DNA of 64,000 bases from Eledone cirrhosa. Its lineage: Eukaryota. Below are positions 27,801-39,800 of this stretch, piece after piece. How positions within the stretch are numbered: position 1 is the first letter of the stretch; each line of letters starts with the position of its first letter. The notes under the pieces were generated by a model. The model ran no database searches, was not told the origin of the DNA, and saw only the letters and a program-made list of their open reading frames with translations. A program made the position numbers and the translations under genes. The DNA is taken from NCBI GenBank assembly GCA_964016885.1, contig CAXHJY010001732.1, forward strand, positions 33,763-97,762, written 5' to 3'.

Positions 27801-30800
27801 CCACGCTAGCATGGGTTAGACTGGTTGTCCCATTCAAAGCAATTTGGGTCAGGTGACCGTGTCTTGCTCATATAGAACTATTTCTGGATAGATGGAAGGA
27901 TGCCCTTCCTAACGCCCAACCACATATATAACAGTGTGTGCTGGGTGCTTTTTGTCGTAATGAAAGGGTTAACCCTTTAGTGTTCAAACCGCCCAAAACT
28001 GGCCAGAATTCTCTACCTCTTTCTGTTGTAACTGGTCGTTCCAACTGATGTTAAGGTATTGTTCTCAAAATAAATACTTTCAAAATCTCATAGATTCAAT
28101 ATTATGTGAGGTAAAGCCTTTACCATGAAAATATAATAGTATATATAGAGTAATGTGAATGCTAAAGGGTTAAAGTGTTTATAGTTATTTAAAAACCTCC
28201 ATAATTTTAAGTAAAGATCTTTGTTATGTTCCCACCGCCAACTTAATTATGACAAAGTTAGGCAATATCTTTCATTAGCAATATGGTAACAAAAGGTTAA
28301 CCCTTGTTTGTCTCTACAATTGTACATATACAATCTAAAGTCTGTCTTAAGCCAGAAGGCTCATTAGACCTTTATAGCGATATTCTCTTTTTCATTGTAC
28401 ATAAACATATTGTATATATTTTCATATACATCCCTATAATGACCAACACTATGTTAATGCTACTGTCAATCAATGTTATGTTGTTGTTGTTCTTCATATT
28501 GTTGTTTTGAATATTTTTCAGGTGTTAAATCAAAGAAACGTTTCAGTTGTATTGAAACTGCCTCGCAGCTTTCCGATACTTGTTCTGTGGACAGTCTTGA
28601 AATATCAGCCACCCCAAATAGTGATAACATCAAGTCTTCTCCAAATCTTCAACGCAAAACCCTTTCTCATAATTCTTTTGAACCATCACTAAATCTCGGT
28701 GAGCAACATTTTCCAATTGCTAGTTCTCCGGGGAGCAGCCATTCTCTGTCCTCTACTGATAATTCTTATGCTACATCTCCAGAGAATGTTGATGAATCTG
28801 ACGATAATCTACTACCTCCGTCTCTTCCTGTAATAACCTGTTGTAGGTCTGTTGAGAAAGAAACTAATGAGAAACCGTTAGATCATAGAAAAAATAAGGT
28901 TGTCAAATCCGAACCAATTAGAACTGATATTGACAGTGACAATACATCTTTGAAAGCAGAATTTAATACAAATACTGCTGCTAAAAAAACTCAGAGTTTA
29001 CCAGATGACAATAACACAAACACACTTGAAAAAGACAATAATGAACCCTTTAAAGGTTTACAGGAAAATGACACTAAGATTTTTGTCCAGAACTTGGCTA
29101 CTAATACTGAGTTCAGTCCCTTGTGTGAGGGTGAGAGTGAATCTTCTGTCAATTTGTTAACTGAAGGAAATCAAGTATCTCAGGTTGACAAGATTGAAGA
29201 TCCTTTAATAAAACGGAGTGAGCCCATTAAAAGTGCATCATCCCCACAGTTATCTACAGCGAATGCATCAGACAGTGAGCAAACAGACTGCAACAATTGT
29301 CTGCATGTGTGCACTGTTGCAGACAAAGCTTTGTCACCTTTAGAGAAAATTGTTGATGGTACAGGTAATTTGACATTAGAAAACGGTGACAATGTCTCAT
29401 ATTATACAGAAAGCAATGACAATAACGAAACACCTCATTACAGCTTTGATCCTTCTAATCACTGTCCAAGACCTGCTAATCTTTCAACCGACAGCACACC
29501 TTTGCCACAGAAGCTGACTGAGGAAACCTCACTTAAACAGCCATTATGCAGGTCGGAGAGTACAGATTCTACGACTGAAGAAGACTTTTATAGAATGTAT
29601 CGATCTTCATCTTCAATGAGCTTTCTGGAATCTCCTCTACAACCTTCTAATAATGGTGTCACCCATCATCTTTCTAATGCTGATAACCAGTCAAATTCAG
29701 CTTTCACTAATGCCAAAAATCTCACCAAACTTCAAGAGCAAGAAAAAGAAAAGAACAATGAAGTATTGCCAAAACAAATCCTTCTACCAAAGTTAGTTAA
29801 CAGTTGGTTGGTGTGGAGTGTCCCAGAAAATATCCACAGTTTATCTGCTACCCATTCACACATTTGGTACACAGACAGGTAACAAACTTTAGCAATTTCA
29901 TTTGATTTACTAATATCATTACCATGTAGAGTTTCCTTCATTGTAAGGTGAAGTTTAATGTCCAGGTACATTTTGATAGTCTAAACAAGAACACAGTGGG
30001 GATTCTATATGACCTGTTCTTAATATAATTTAAGGGTATATGACCTGTTCTTAATATAATTTAAGGGGATATGACCTGTTCTTAATATAGTTTAAGGGGA
30101 TATGACCTGTTCTTAATATAGTTTAAGGGTATATGATCTGTTCTTAATATAGTTTAAGGGGATATGACCTGTTCTTAATATAGTTTAAGGGTATATGACC
30201 TGCTCTTAATATAGTTTAAGAGTATATGACCTGTTCTTAATATAGTTTAAGGGTATATGACCTGTTCTTAATATAGTTTAAAGGGATATGACCTGCTCTT
30301 AATATAGTTTAAAGGGATATGACCTGTTCTTAATATAGTTTAAGGGTATATGACCTGTTCTTAATATAGTTTAAGGGTATATGACCTGCTCTTAATATAG
30401 TTTAAAGGGATATGACCCGTTCTTAATATAGTTTAAGGGGATATGACCCGTTCTTAATATAGTTTAAGGGGATATGACCCGTTCTTAATATAGTTTAAGG
30501 GGATATGACCCGTTCTTAATATAGTTTAAGGGGATATGACCCGTTCTTAATATAGTTTAAGGGGATATGACCTGTTCAAAGCCAACATAGTCTGTGTTTA
30601 TTAACCTTCTTCTGTGTCTGATAAATGTTGAATGTTGACAGGTCTGGCTAAGATAATGAAGGCTGAAATTTGATAGCTTATCTAAATCACAACATTTATC
30701 ATCAGACTAAAATCACTGACTTTTTAAAAACATTTTTATTTTCTCTTTATTTCTTCTTTATTTCTTTGCATGGTGGACGTCCAGAAGTGAAAACCTCTTC

Positions 30801-33800
30801 TATCGACAGACTGATTCCATGTCAGGAGCCTGGCATAAGGTTGACCTCTATGCCCATCAGATTGCCGTTTCACGTTCAGGCAATATATTTTGGCGCCTCT
30901 ACCAAAACACAGTGTATGTGGCCATAGGAGTGAGCGCACGAAAGCCTGAGGGTAAAAAACAGGTTGAAGCCATACGAGATGTAGCCTACATTACTGTAGA
31001 CAATGATTGTGGATGGTGAGTAATGAAGTGAAGTGAAAAAGCTTTACTTGGAGAAACAATGCGTTTCTCTTTTATATTTCCTTTCTGTTTTAACCAGAAA
31101 CATTTATATAACAGTTAGCTAAAATACATAATAATAATAATTATTATTGTGTACAGTGCTCAGGTGCACTACAACTCATCAAAGGTGCATGTATATTACA
31201 TAGAATAATGTACAAATGTCAGGAAAGTGAACAGTGTACGAGTCATGTGTGCGTGTGTATGGAGGGAGGACATCAGGTGTAGTGTTGGTGAATCTCAGGA
31301 AGCATGGAGGTTTTAAAGGATGCAGTGTCTCGACAGCTAACAACTGATGCAGGTAGTTTGTTCCATGAAGGTTTTAAAGGATGCAGTGTCTCGGCAGCTA
31401 ATAACTGATGCAGGTAGTTTGTTCCATGGAGGTTTTAAAGGATGCAGTGTCTCGGCAGCTAATAACTGATGCAGGTAGTTTGTTCCATGGAGGTTTTAAA
31501 GGATGCAGTGTCTCGACAGTTAACAACTGATGCAGGTAGTTTGTTCCATGGAGGTTTTAAAGGATGCAGTGTCTCGGCAGCTAATAACTGATGCAGGTAG
31601 TTTGTTCCATGGAGGTTTTAAAGGATGCAGTGTCTCGACAGCTAATAACTGATGCAGGTAGTTTGTTCCATGGAGGTTTTAAAGGATGCAGTGTCTCGAC
31701 AGCTGACAACTGATGCAGGTAGTTTGTTCCATGGAGGTTTTAAAGGATGCAGTGTCTCGACAGCTAATAACTGATGCAGGTAGTTTGTTCCATGGAGGTT
31801 TTAAAGGATGTAGTGTCTCAACAGCTAACAACTGATGCATGGAGGTTTTAAAGGATGCAGTGTCTCAGCAGCTAACAACTGATGCAGGTAGTTTGTTCCA
31901 TGCTTCAGCAACTCTGAATGTTTCCGAAAGTCATAGGAGCTAGCTGTGCTGTTTTCTGATATTGTAGGCATGCCCACGTGTGTTAGACACATGGACTTCA
32001 ATAAGGTGCTCAGGGTTGTTGTTGGCAAGATAGTTAATAATTTTGTGGGTGTTTACCAAGTCAGTTGCCAGACTTCGGAGCTTCAGTGTATCCATGCTTC
32101 AATGTATCCATAACAGAACATTCTATGAAAGTTGTACAAAATGTCACTTTAAATGCTGTCGCTTAAACAGCTCTTCAGATTGTAATCTTGATCACACCAC
32201 ACTTACTCTTCAATTAAATATTTTGCTCTCTGTGTGTGTGTGTGTATCTGATAAAGAGAGAGATGGAGATTAGTTGCATACTTTTAGAAAATCTGAAAGC
32301 TTCATAGGCACACTTAGCAAGGATAGTTATTCTTCATTATCAGAACTTGTATAGGTGTCCTGTAATGACCGATCTTCAGTATATATATCATCATCACCAT
32401 TTAACCTGGCCATATCTGGCCAGAATTCTCTCACCATTTTCTGTTCAAACCAACTGTTACCAGCTGGAGAGAGAGAGAGAGTCAGATTAGTTGCATACTT
32501 GGAAAAAATTTGAAAGCTTCATAGGCATGTCACCATTTAACCCTGTAACCAGCTGCTCATACTTATGTAAAGGTATTGAAGCTCACAGAGGAGATGACGA
32601 AGCACCCTGACAAATGGAGAGATGCTGTGCTGAAAAGGACCCATCCCACCCTTGCAAGCAAGGAAAAGCGGACTTAAATTGATGATGATGATGATATTTA
32701 AGCCAGATGAAGTCTCAAGACTATGATAAAGATTGGGCTGCTAAACTATTGAATTTTCTCTGAATTTCTTCACTTCACAGGTACATCAAAGTAAATGGAG
32801 AGATAGCTGTTCATAAAAAGCTTTCAAGAGAACGACCAGCATACCGTAGTCAGAAAATACCATGTGAATATAATCTCATCCAACTAGCATGTCTGAACCA
32901 GGTGATCTGGGGCCTTACTAAGGAAGGGCAACTTGTGTGTCGAGCTGGTGTCTCTGACCAACATCCTGAGGGAGATGAATGGTGCAAATATGAGGGGTAA
33001 GCCATAAATATATACACACACACATACACATATGCCTACACAACCACACACGCACATACACTTACACACACACACAACCACACACACACACCTACACACA
33101 CATACATACGCACTCACACTTACACACACACACATACACATTTGCGCACACACATACACACACACACATACACACATACACTTACACACACATACACTTA
33201 CACACACAGACATACACACACATGACTCAATGTCTATATATATGACAAGTAAGTATGTTTTGAAACAGTGAGCAGGTTTGAAATTAGAAAATAGAATAGC
33301 TTTCACTGTATTTTTGGCTAAAGAAATTTTAGCCTGATAATGGGGTTTAGAACCCTCAGATAAATGGAAAAAGATGAGTATTGATGTACATGTACATGAA
33401 TACTCATCTTTTTCCATTTATCTGAGGGTTCTAAACCCCATTATCAGGCTAAAATTTCTTTAGTCAAAAATACAGTGAAAGCTATTCTATTTTCTATATA
33501 TATATTTATGTCCCCCATCTAAATATCTCCATATCTGAACACTACCGTGAAGATATATAAAGTATTCTCTTCTGCCTCTCTATTTACGACAACAGCCCAC
33601 CTAACTGGCATGTTCCTGAAATGATGAATATTGCATTAGGTGACAACAATATTGGTTGGTGTGTTGACACCCAAGGTCGGGTATGGTTCTGTACCAATGT
33701 CACTCGAGAACATCCTTTTGGACAAGGAATGTGGTACCAAGTAAGTACAATCTTAGGAATTGTTTATATACTTCATACAGTGTCTTTTATTTGAAATACG

Positions 33801-36800
33801 GTAATGAAAGGGTCTTTCATCCTTTCGAGGTCGATAAAAGAAGTACCAGTCTAATACTGGGGTCGATTCTTCCTCTACATCTCTTTCTCATTTCCTCTCT
33901 CTCTCACTTTCTATCTTTCTCTGGAAGACATCTGCTGTGCTTAGGCCTGGAGAGGCATGGGCTCCTCCAGGCTTAAAATGTCAATATGGCGCCCCTACGA
34001 CTCTGTCAGGTGTTACGGGACCATACCATAGCAATGAAAGCGTTAAAGTGTTTATATTTATTTTAAAACATTCTATAATTTTATGTAAGAACCTCTGTTA
34101 AGTTATGGTCCAAACGTTGGCTTTATAATAAGACCCCCAAATTTTTGATTATTTTCAAAATGATTTAAAAGTCATAAGCAGTGTCTTTCGTTAGAAATAC
34201 AGTAATGAAAGGGTTAAAGTGTTTATATTTACTTAAAAACCTTCCATCATAATTTTAAGTAAGAACTTTTGTTAAGTTATGAAAACGTTAGCTAGCTAAA
34301 TTACTAAATTCCTCAAAATTTGTGATTATCTTCAAAATTATTTGAACATTCCATCATAAATTTTATGTTAGAACCTTTGTTAAGTTATGTTCCAAACACT
34401 GGTTTAATAATGAGAAAATTAAATATTCTACAAATTCCTCTAAATTCTTGTTAGGATTTTCAAACTATTTTGAAAATCCTAAGAGAGTATCTTTCATTAG
34501 AAATATGGTAAGAAAAGGGTTAATCTTTCTCTCTACAATTATCATCACCCACCTAGGTTGCCTTTAGTGATTATTTTATGATGGATCCAACCATGACAGA
34601 CATGATGAGGTCAGTGGCTGAAAGACTTGATCCACAAAAGTTATCCCAGTTGCTAATATCACCAAGAGGAGGAGGATTGATTGCTGCTACCCATGTTGGT
34701 ACTTGGTTTGTTCCAAGTTACAGGAATGTCATTCAAGTTTGTAAAAGTATTATGCAAGGTAAGGGATTCTTTGAAACATTCTTCTCTCTCTATATATATA
34801 TATATTTTTTTTTCTCCCTCTTTATATACACATATATATATATGGCTTAGTGGTTAGAGCATTGGCCTTGCAATCGAAAGGTTGTGAGTTCAATTCTCAG
34901 ACCAGGTGTTGTGTTGTTTCCTTGAGCAAGACACTTTATTTCACATTGCTCCAGTTTACTCAGCTGTAGAAATGAGATGATAGGACTGGGGTCCCTATCA
35001 TTCCACTGCAAAGTGGTCGTGGAGGTGCCACGGCAAAAAAGCACCCAGCACTCACTGTAAATGAGGTTGGTGTTAGGAAGGGCATCCAGCTGTAGAAATC
35101 AAGCCAGAATCAGTTCCCGTCCCACCCTTGCAAGCATAAATACACACATCCTCCCATTTCCATCCACTGTGTCGATAACACAACAAAAAGCACCCAGTCC
35201 ACACTGTAAAGTTGTTGTGTAGGAGACATGGTAAAAAGGCACCCAGTCCACACTGTAAGCTGGTCGTATAGGAGACATGGTAAAAAGGCTCCCAGTCCAC
35301 ACTGTAAAGGTGGTTGGTGTTAGGAAGGGCATCCAGCCGTAGAAAACCTGCCAGAGACACTTCCATACAAGCGAGACATGGTCTTCTGACCACATCAAAT
35401 GGAACGAAACCATCTAACTCACGCTAGCATGGAAGATGGACGTTAAACGATGATGATGATGATATATATTTATATACACACATTGTTCAGAAACACCGAA
35501 GATTCAAAACCTTATCAAACTAACAAATATTTCTCCCGGGATAGAATTTTAATAACTGGGTTAAAATTTTATAATTTAACCCCTAGTCTTCAATTCGGTA
35601 CCAGCATCATCAGAGTTTATTAAAGGCTTCATTAATATTTCACGCATAGTAAAAATTCATTACATTAAAACATTCATTATGGTAACAATTTACAGAATGC
35701 AAAAATTTCAAACACATAAGCGCCTTAAAATCAAGTTGCAAAATTTAAAAAAAAATTTTTTGTAACACTTTGCCCTCACTATCACTTAGAGAGTGCACTG
35801 CTTGGTTGCTTCAATCTTTTTTTTCACCTACATTCTGTTTCCAAGAATTATATCTTCTCAGAAGAAATTTAATTGATGTTGTTGTTTGTATCAGGTCATC
35901 ATTGGACGATAACTCCGCCTCTTGGCATGGCAATATCATCATCTTGGAGATTAGTTAGTGCTGGTGCCTACACTGAAGAACATGGTAAGTTATGCTTTCA
36001 AAACCTTCACATAACCCTTTAGTATTTAAACCAGCCATATCTGGCCAGAATTCTCTCACCTTTTACTGTTCAAACTGGCCAGAATTCTCTCACCTCTTTC
36101 TATTCAAACCAGCCATATCTGGCCAGAATTCTCTCACCTCTTTCTATTCAAACCAGCTATATCTGGCCAGAATTCTCTCACCTCTTTCTATTCAAACCAG
36201 CTATATCTGGCCAGAATTCTCTCACCTTTTTCTGTTCAAACCAGCCATATCTGGCCAGAATTCTCTCACCTCTTTCTATTCAAACCAGCCATATCTGGCC
36301 AGAATTCTCTCACCTCTTTCTATTCAAACCAGCCATATCTGGCCAGAATTCTCTCACCTCTTTCTGTTCAAACCAGCCATATCTGGCCAGAATTCTCTCA
36401 CCTCTTTCTATTCAAACCAGCCATATCTGGCCAGAATTCTTTCACCTCTTTCTGTTCAAACTGACCATATCTGGCCAGAATTCTCTCACCTCTTTCTATT
36501 CAAACCAGCCATATCTGGCCAGAATTCTCTCACCTCTTTCTATTCAAACCAGCCATATCTGGCCAGAATTCTCTCACCTCTTTCTATTTAAACCAGCCAT
36601 ATCTGGCCAGAATTCTCTCACCTCTTTCTGTTCAAACCAGCTATATCTGGCCAGAATTCTCTCACCTCTTTCTGTTCAAACCAGCCATATCTGGCCAGAA
36701 TTCTCTCACCTCTTTCTGTTCAAACCAGCTATATCTGGCCAGAATTCTTTCACCTCTTTCTGTTCAAACCAGCTATATCTGGCCAGAATTCTCTCACCTC

Positions 36801-39800
36801 TTTCTGTTCAAACCAGCCATATCTGGCCAGAATTCTCTCACCTCTTTCTATTCAAACCAGCTATATCTGGCCAGAATTCTCTCACCTCTTTCTGTTCAAA
36901 CCAGCCATATCTGGCCAGAATTCTCTCACCTCTTTCTGTTCAAACCAGCCATATCTGGCCAGAATTCTCTCACCTCTTTCTGTTCAAACCAGCCATATCT
37001 GGCCAGAATTCTCTCACCTCTTTCTGTTCAAACCAGCCATATCTGGCCAGAATTCTCTCACCTCTTTCTGTTCAAACCAGCCATATCTGGCCAGAATTTA
37101 ATGTTTATCTTTCCCTACCCACAGAATACATCTGGGCACAACATGTTAATGGAGAAATGGTGATATTTTCACCAGAAGCTCGCCACTTCAAGATGGTCTC
37201 TCAACCTTCGATTACGAACCACTTCATCTGTATTAGTGCCTCAGAAGATTCACTGTGGGGTCTCGCTACCAATGGAACTATATATGTCCGCAGTGCAGTA
37301 CGTAGTAGTTGTCCTGAAGGGATAAACTGGGTACGGTTGGATCTGGAACAGCTAGGTAACGTAACATTACACTCTCTCTTCCTCTATCTAGCTCTCTCTC
37401 TCTCCCAAGTTCTCTAAAGCTCACTTTCTCGCTCTCTCTAGCTCTCTTTAACTCTTTCTCTCTCCCAAGTTCTCTAAAGCTCACTTTCTCTCTCTATCTA
37501 GCTCTCTCTCTCTCTCCCAAGTTCTCTAAAGCTCACTCTCTCCCTCTATCTAGCTCTCTTTCTCTCTTCCAAGTTCTCTAAAGCTTACTCTCTCCCTCTA
37601 TCTCACTCTCTCTCTCTCTCTCTCTCTTCCTCTCAAGTTCTCTAAAGCTCTCTCTCTCTCTCTCCCTCTATCTAGCTCCCTTTAACTCTCTCTCTCTCTT
37701 CCTCCCAACTTCATCTAACTCTCTTTCTTTCTCTCTCTCCACTTAGGAAACAATTTCTTCACCCACCTTTCCTGTGGCAGCGACTGTATCTGGGCCGTGG
37801 ACAACAAAGGCAGCATCTACCACAAATTTGGAGTCCAACCTCCATCTCATACAGTCTTCACACCTGTCTGGCTTCAGGTGGATCCAGAGCCTAATGGCAT
37901 ATGTTTCACTCAAGTAATAGCTGGACCTGAAAACTGGATGGTAAGCTGGTTTGTCATTTCACCATTATGTGGAAGAAAGCTTCCTTCATGTGATAGAGAG
38001 CTTGCCCCAAGTGGAGGGAAGCTTGACTACAAATGGAGGGAAGCTTAAGCAAAGTGGAAAGAAGCTTGCCCCGAGTGGAAATCTTTAGATTTACAGTTTA
38101 TAATAAATCAATGTATTTGTTTATTTCAGGTTTGGGCCATTGATAACCGGAAGCAAGTATATATGAGGGATGGTATCTCAGATAAAATGTCTATTGGAAC
38201 AAAATGGTGCCAAATTACTGGTGAGTTTACTGACGTTTCCTATCTATATAATGTCTATATGCTGTCTATATAATGTCGATGATGATGATGATGATGCTTA
38301 TTATATACATAAAGAACACCCAGCCCAATCTGTAAGGTGGTCATGTTGGTGACATGACAAAATGCACCCAGCCCATCCTGTAAAGTGGTCATGTTAGTGA
38401 CACAACTAAAAGCACCTGGTCCACTCTGTAAGGCAGTTACGCTGGTGACACAAAAAAAAAGCATCCAGTCCACCCTGTAAAGTGGTTGTGTTGGTGACAC
38501 AACAATAAAAGTACCCTCTCCAAACTGTCAGTTAGTCATTTTGGTGCCACAATAAAAAGCATCCCGTCCATTCCCCAAATATGGTTGGCATTAGGACAGG
38601 CTTCCAGCTGTAGAAACCTAGTTAGAAACAATTCTGTATGAGCAAGGACCTGACTTGTCTTGCAATGAGACAACCCATCTAACCCATGCCATCATGAAAA
38701 AAATGGATGTTAAACGGTGATGTAAATATATACTGAAGTGGTTACATGCATACATGCCTTCATGTGCTACAAGGAACACGTTGAGCCTGTCCTTATCCCA
38801 GTTTCATGGTGTGCAGCAACTGAGAGTACAAGACTCCTCCCTGGACAGGATTCCAGTCCATCACAGATTAAACCCCCAGCTATTGCTGGTATTCATTTTC
38901 AACTGAGTGTACCACACTGTAAGCATGGTTGGTGTTAGGAAGGGCATCCAGCCGTAGAAAACCTGCCAGACAGTCCTATACGAGCGAGACACGGTCACCC
39001 GACCAATCTTGCCTCAAGTGGGATAATTCCCGTCTAAACCCATGCTAGCGTGGAAGATGGACGTTAAACGATGATGATGATGTACTGGAGCAACGAAGCC
39101 CAGGAATCAAACCCATGACATTACGATTGTAAGTCCAACACCCTTACCACTAGGCCACGTGCCTCCACAAAGTGGCTACAGATTAAAATACATGTTGTAA
39201 TAACTAAGGGGTGAGCAGATATCTGTAACTTGTCTTTCTTCTTTAGGTACCCCTGCAAATCAGTTAAGTATCAGCAAGTTAACTGTCTGGGCTCTAAATC
39301 CTGAGGGAGAAATATTGCATAGACTTGGTGTCTCTATTGCTAACAGGGGTGGAGATTACTGGAAGAAAATACCTGGTGTATTTTCTTTTCTATCAGGTAA
39401 GATTTTGATTCTTTGTTTTTTTTTTGTCTTCTTCTTCTCCCCTATTCAGGGATCAAAAACTATTTCAGCTCCCTTCAATAGTCGTTAACTTTAAATGACA
39501 TAGGTTCAGTGTACACTGGAATACAGTTCATATCTCTGGGGTGTTGTATTGATCAAACACACACACACACACACATACTTGTACATATACTCATACACAC
39601 AAATTCATAGACACATACATAAACACATACATTTACACACATAAATACTCATACATACATACATTCACTCACATACACCAATGCAACACAAATTCATACA
39701 CACACACACTCACATACATAAACATACATTTACATGCACATACACACCCACACATACATATATTCACTCAAGCATATTCACATACATACATACATTCACA

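Noticed and set aside
30008-30577. 31-bp array, and the other regular arrays, as CRISPR
   Set aside because: Units are contiguous with no unique spacers, the context is a eukaryotic intron, and there are no cas genes.
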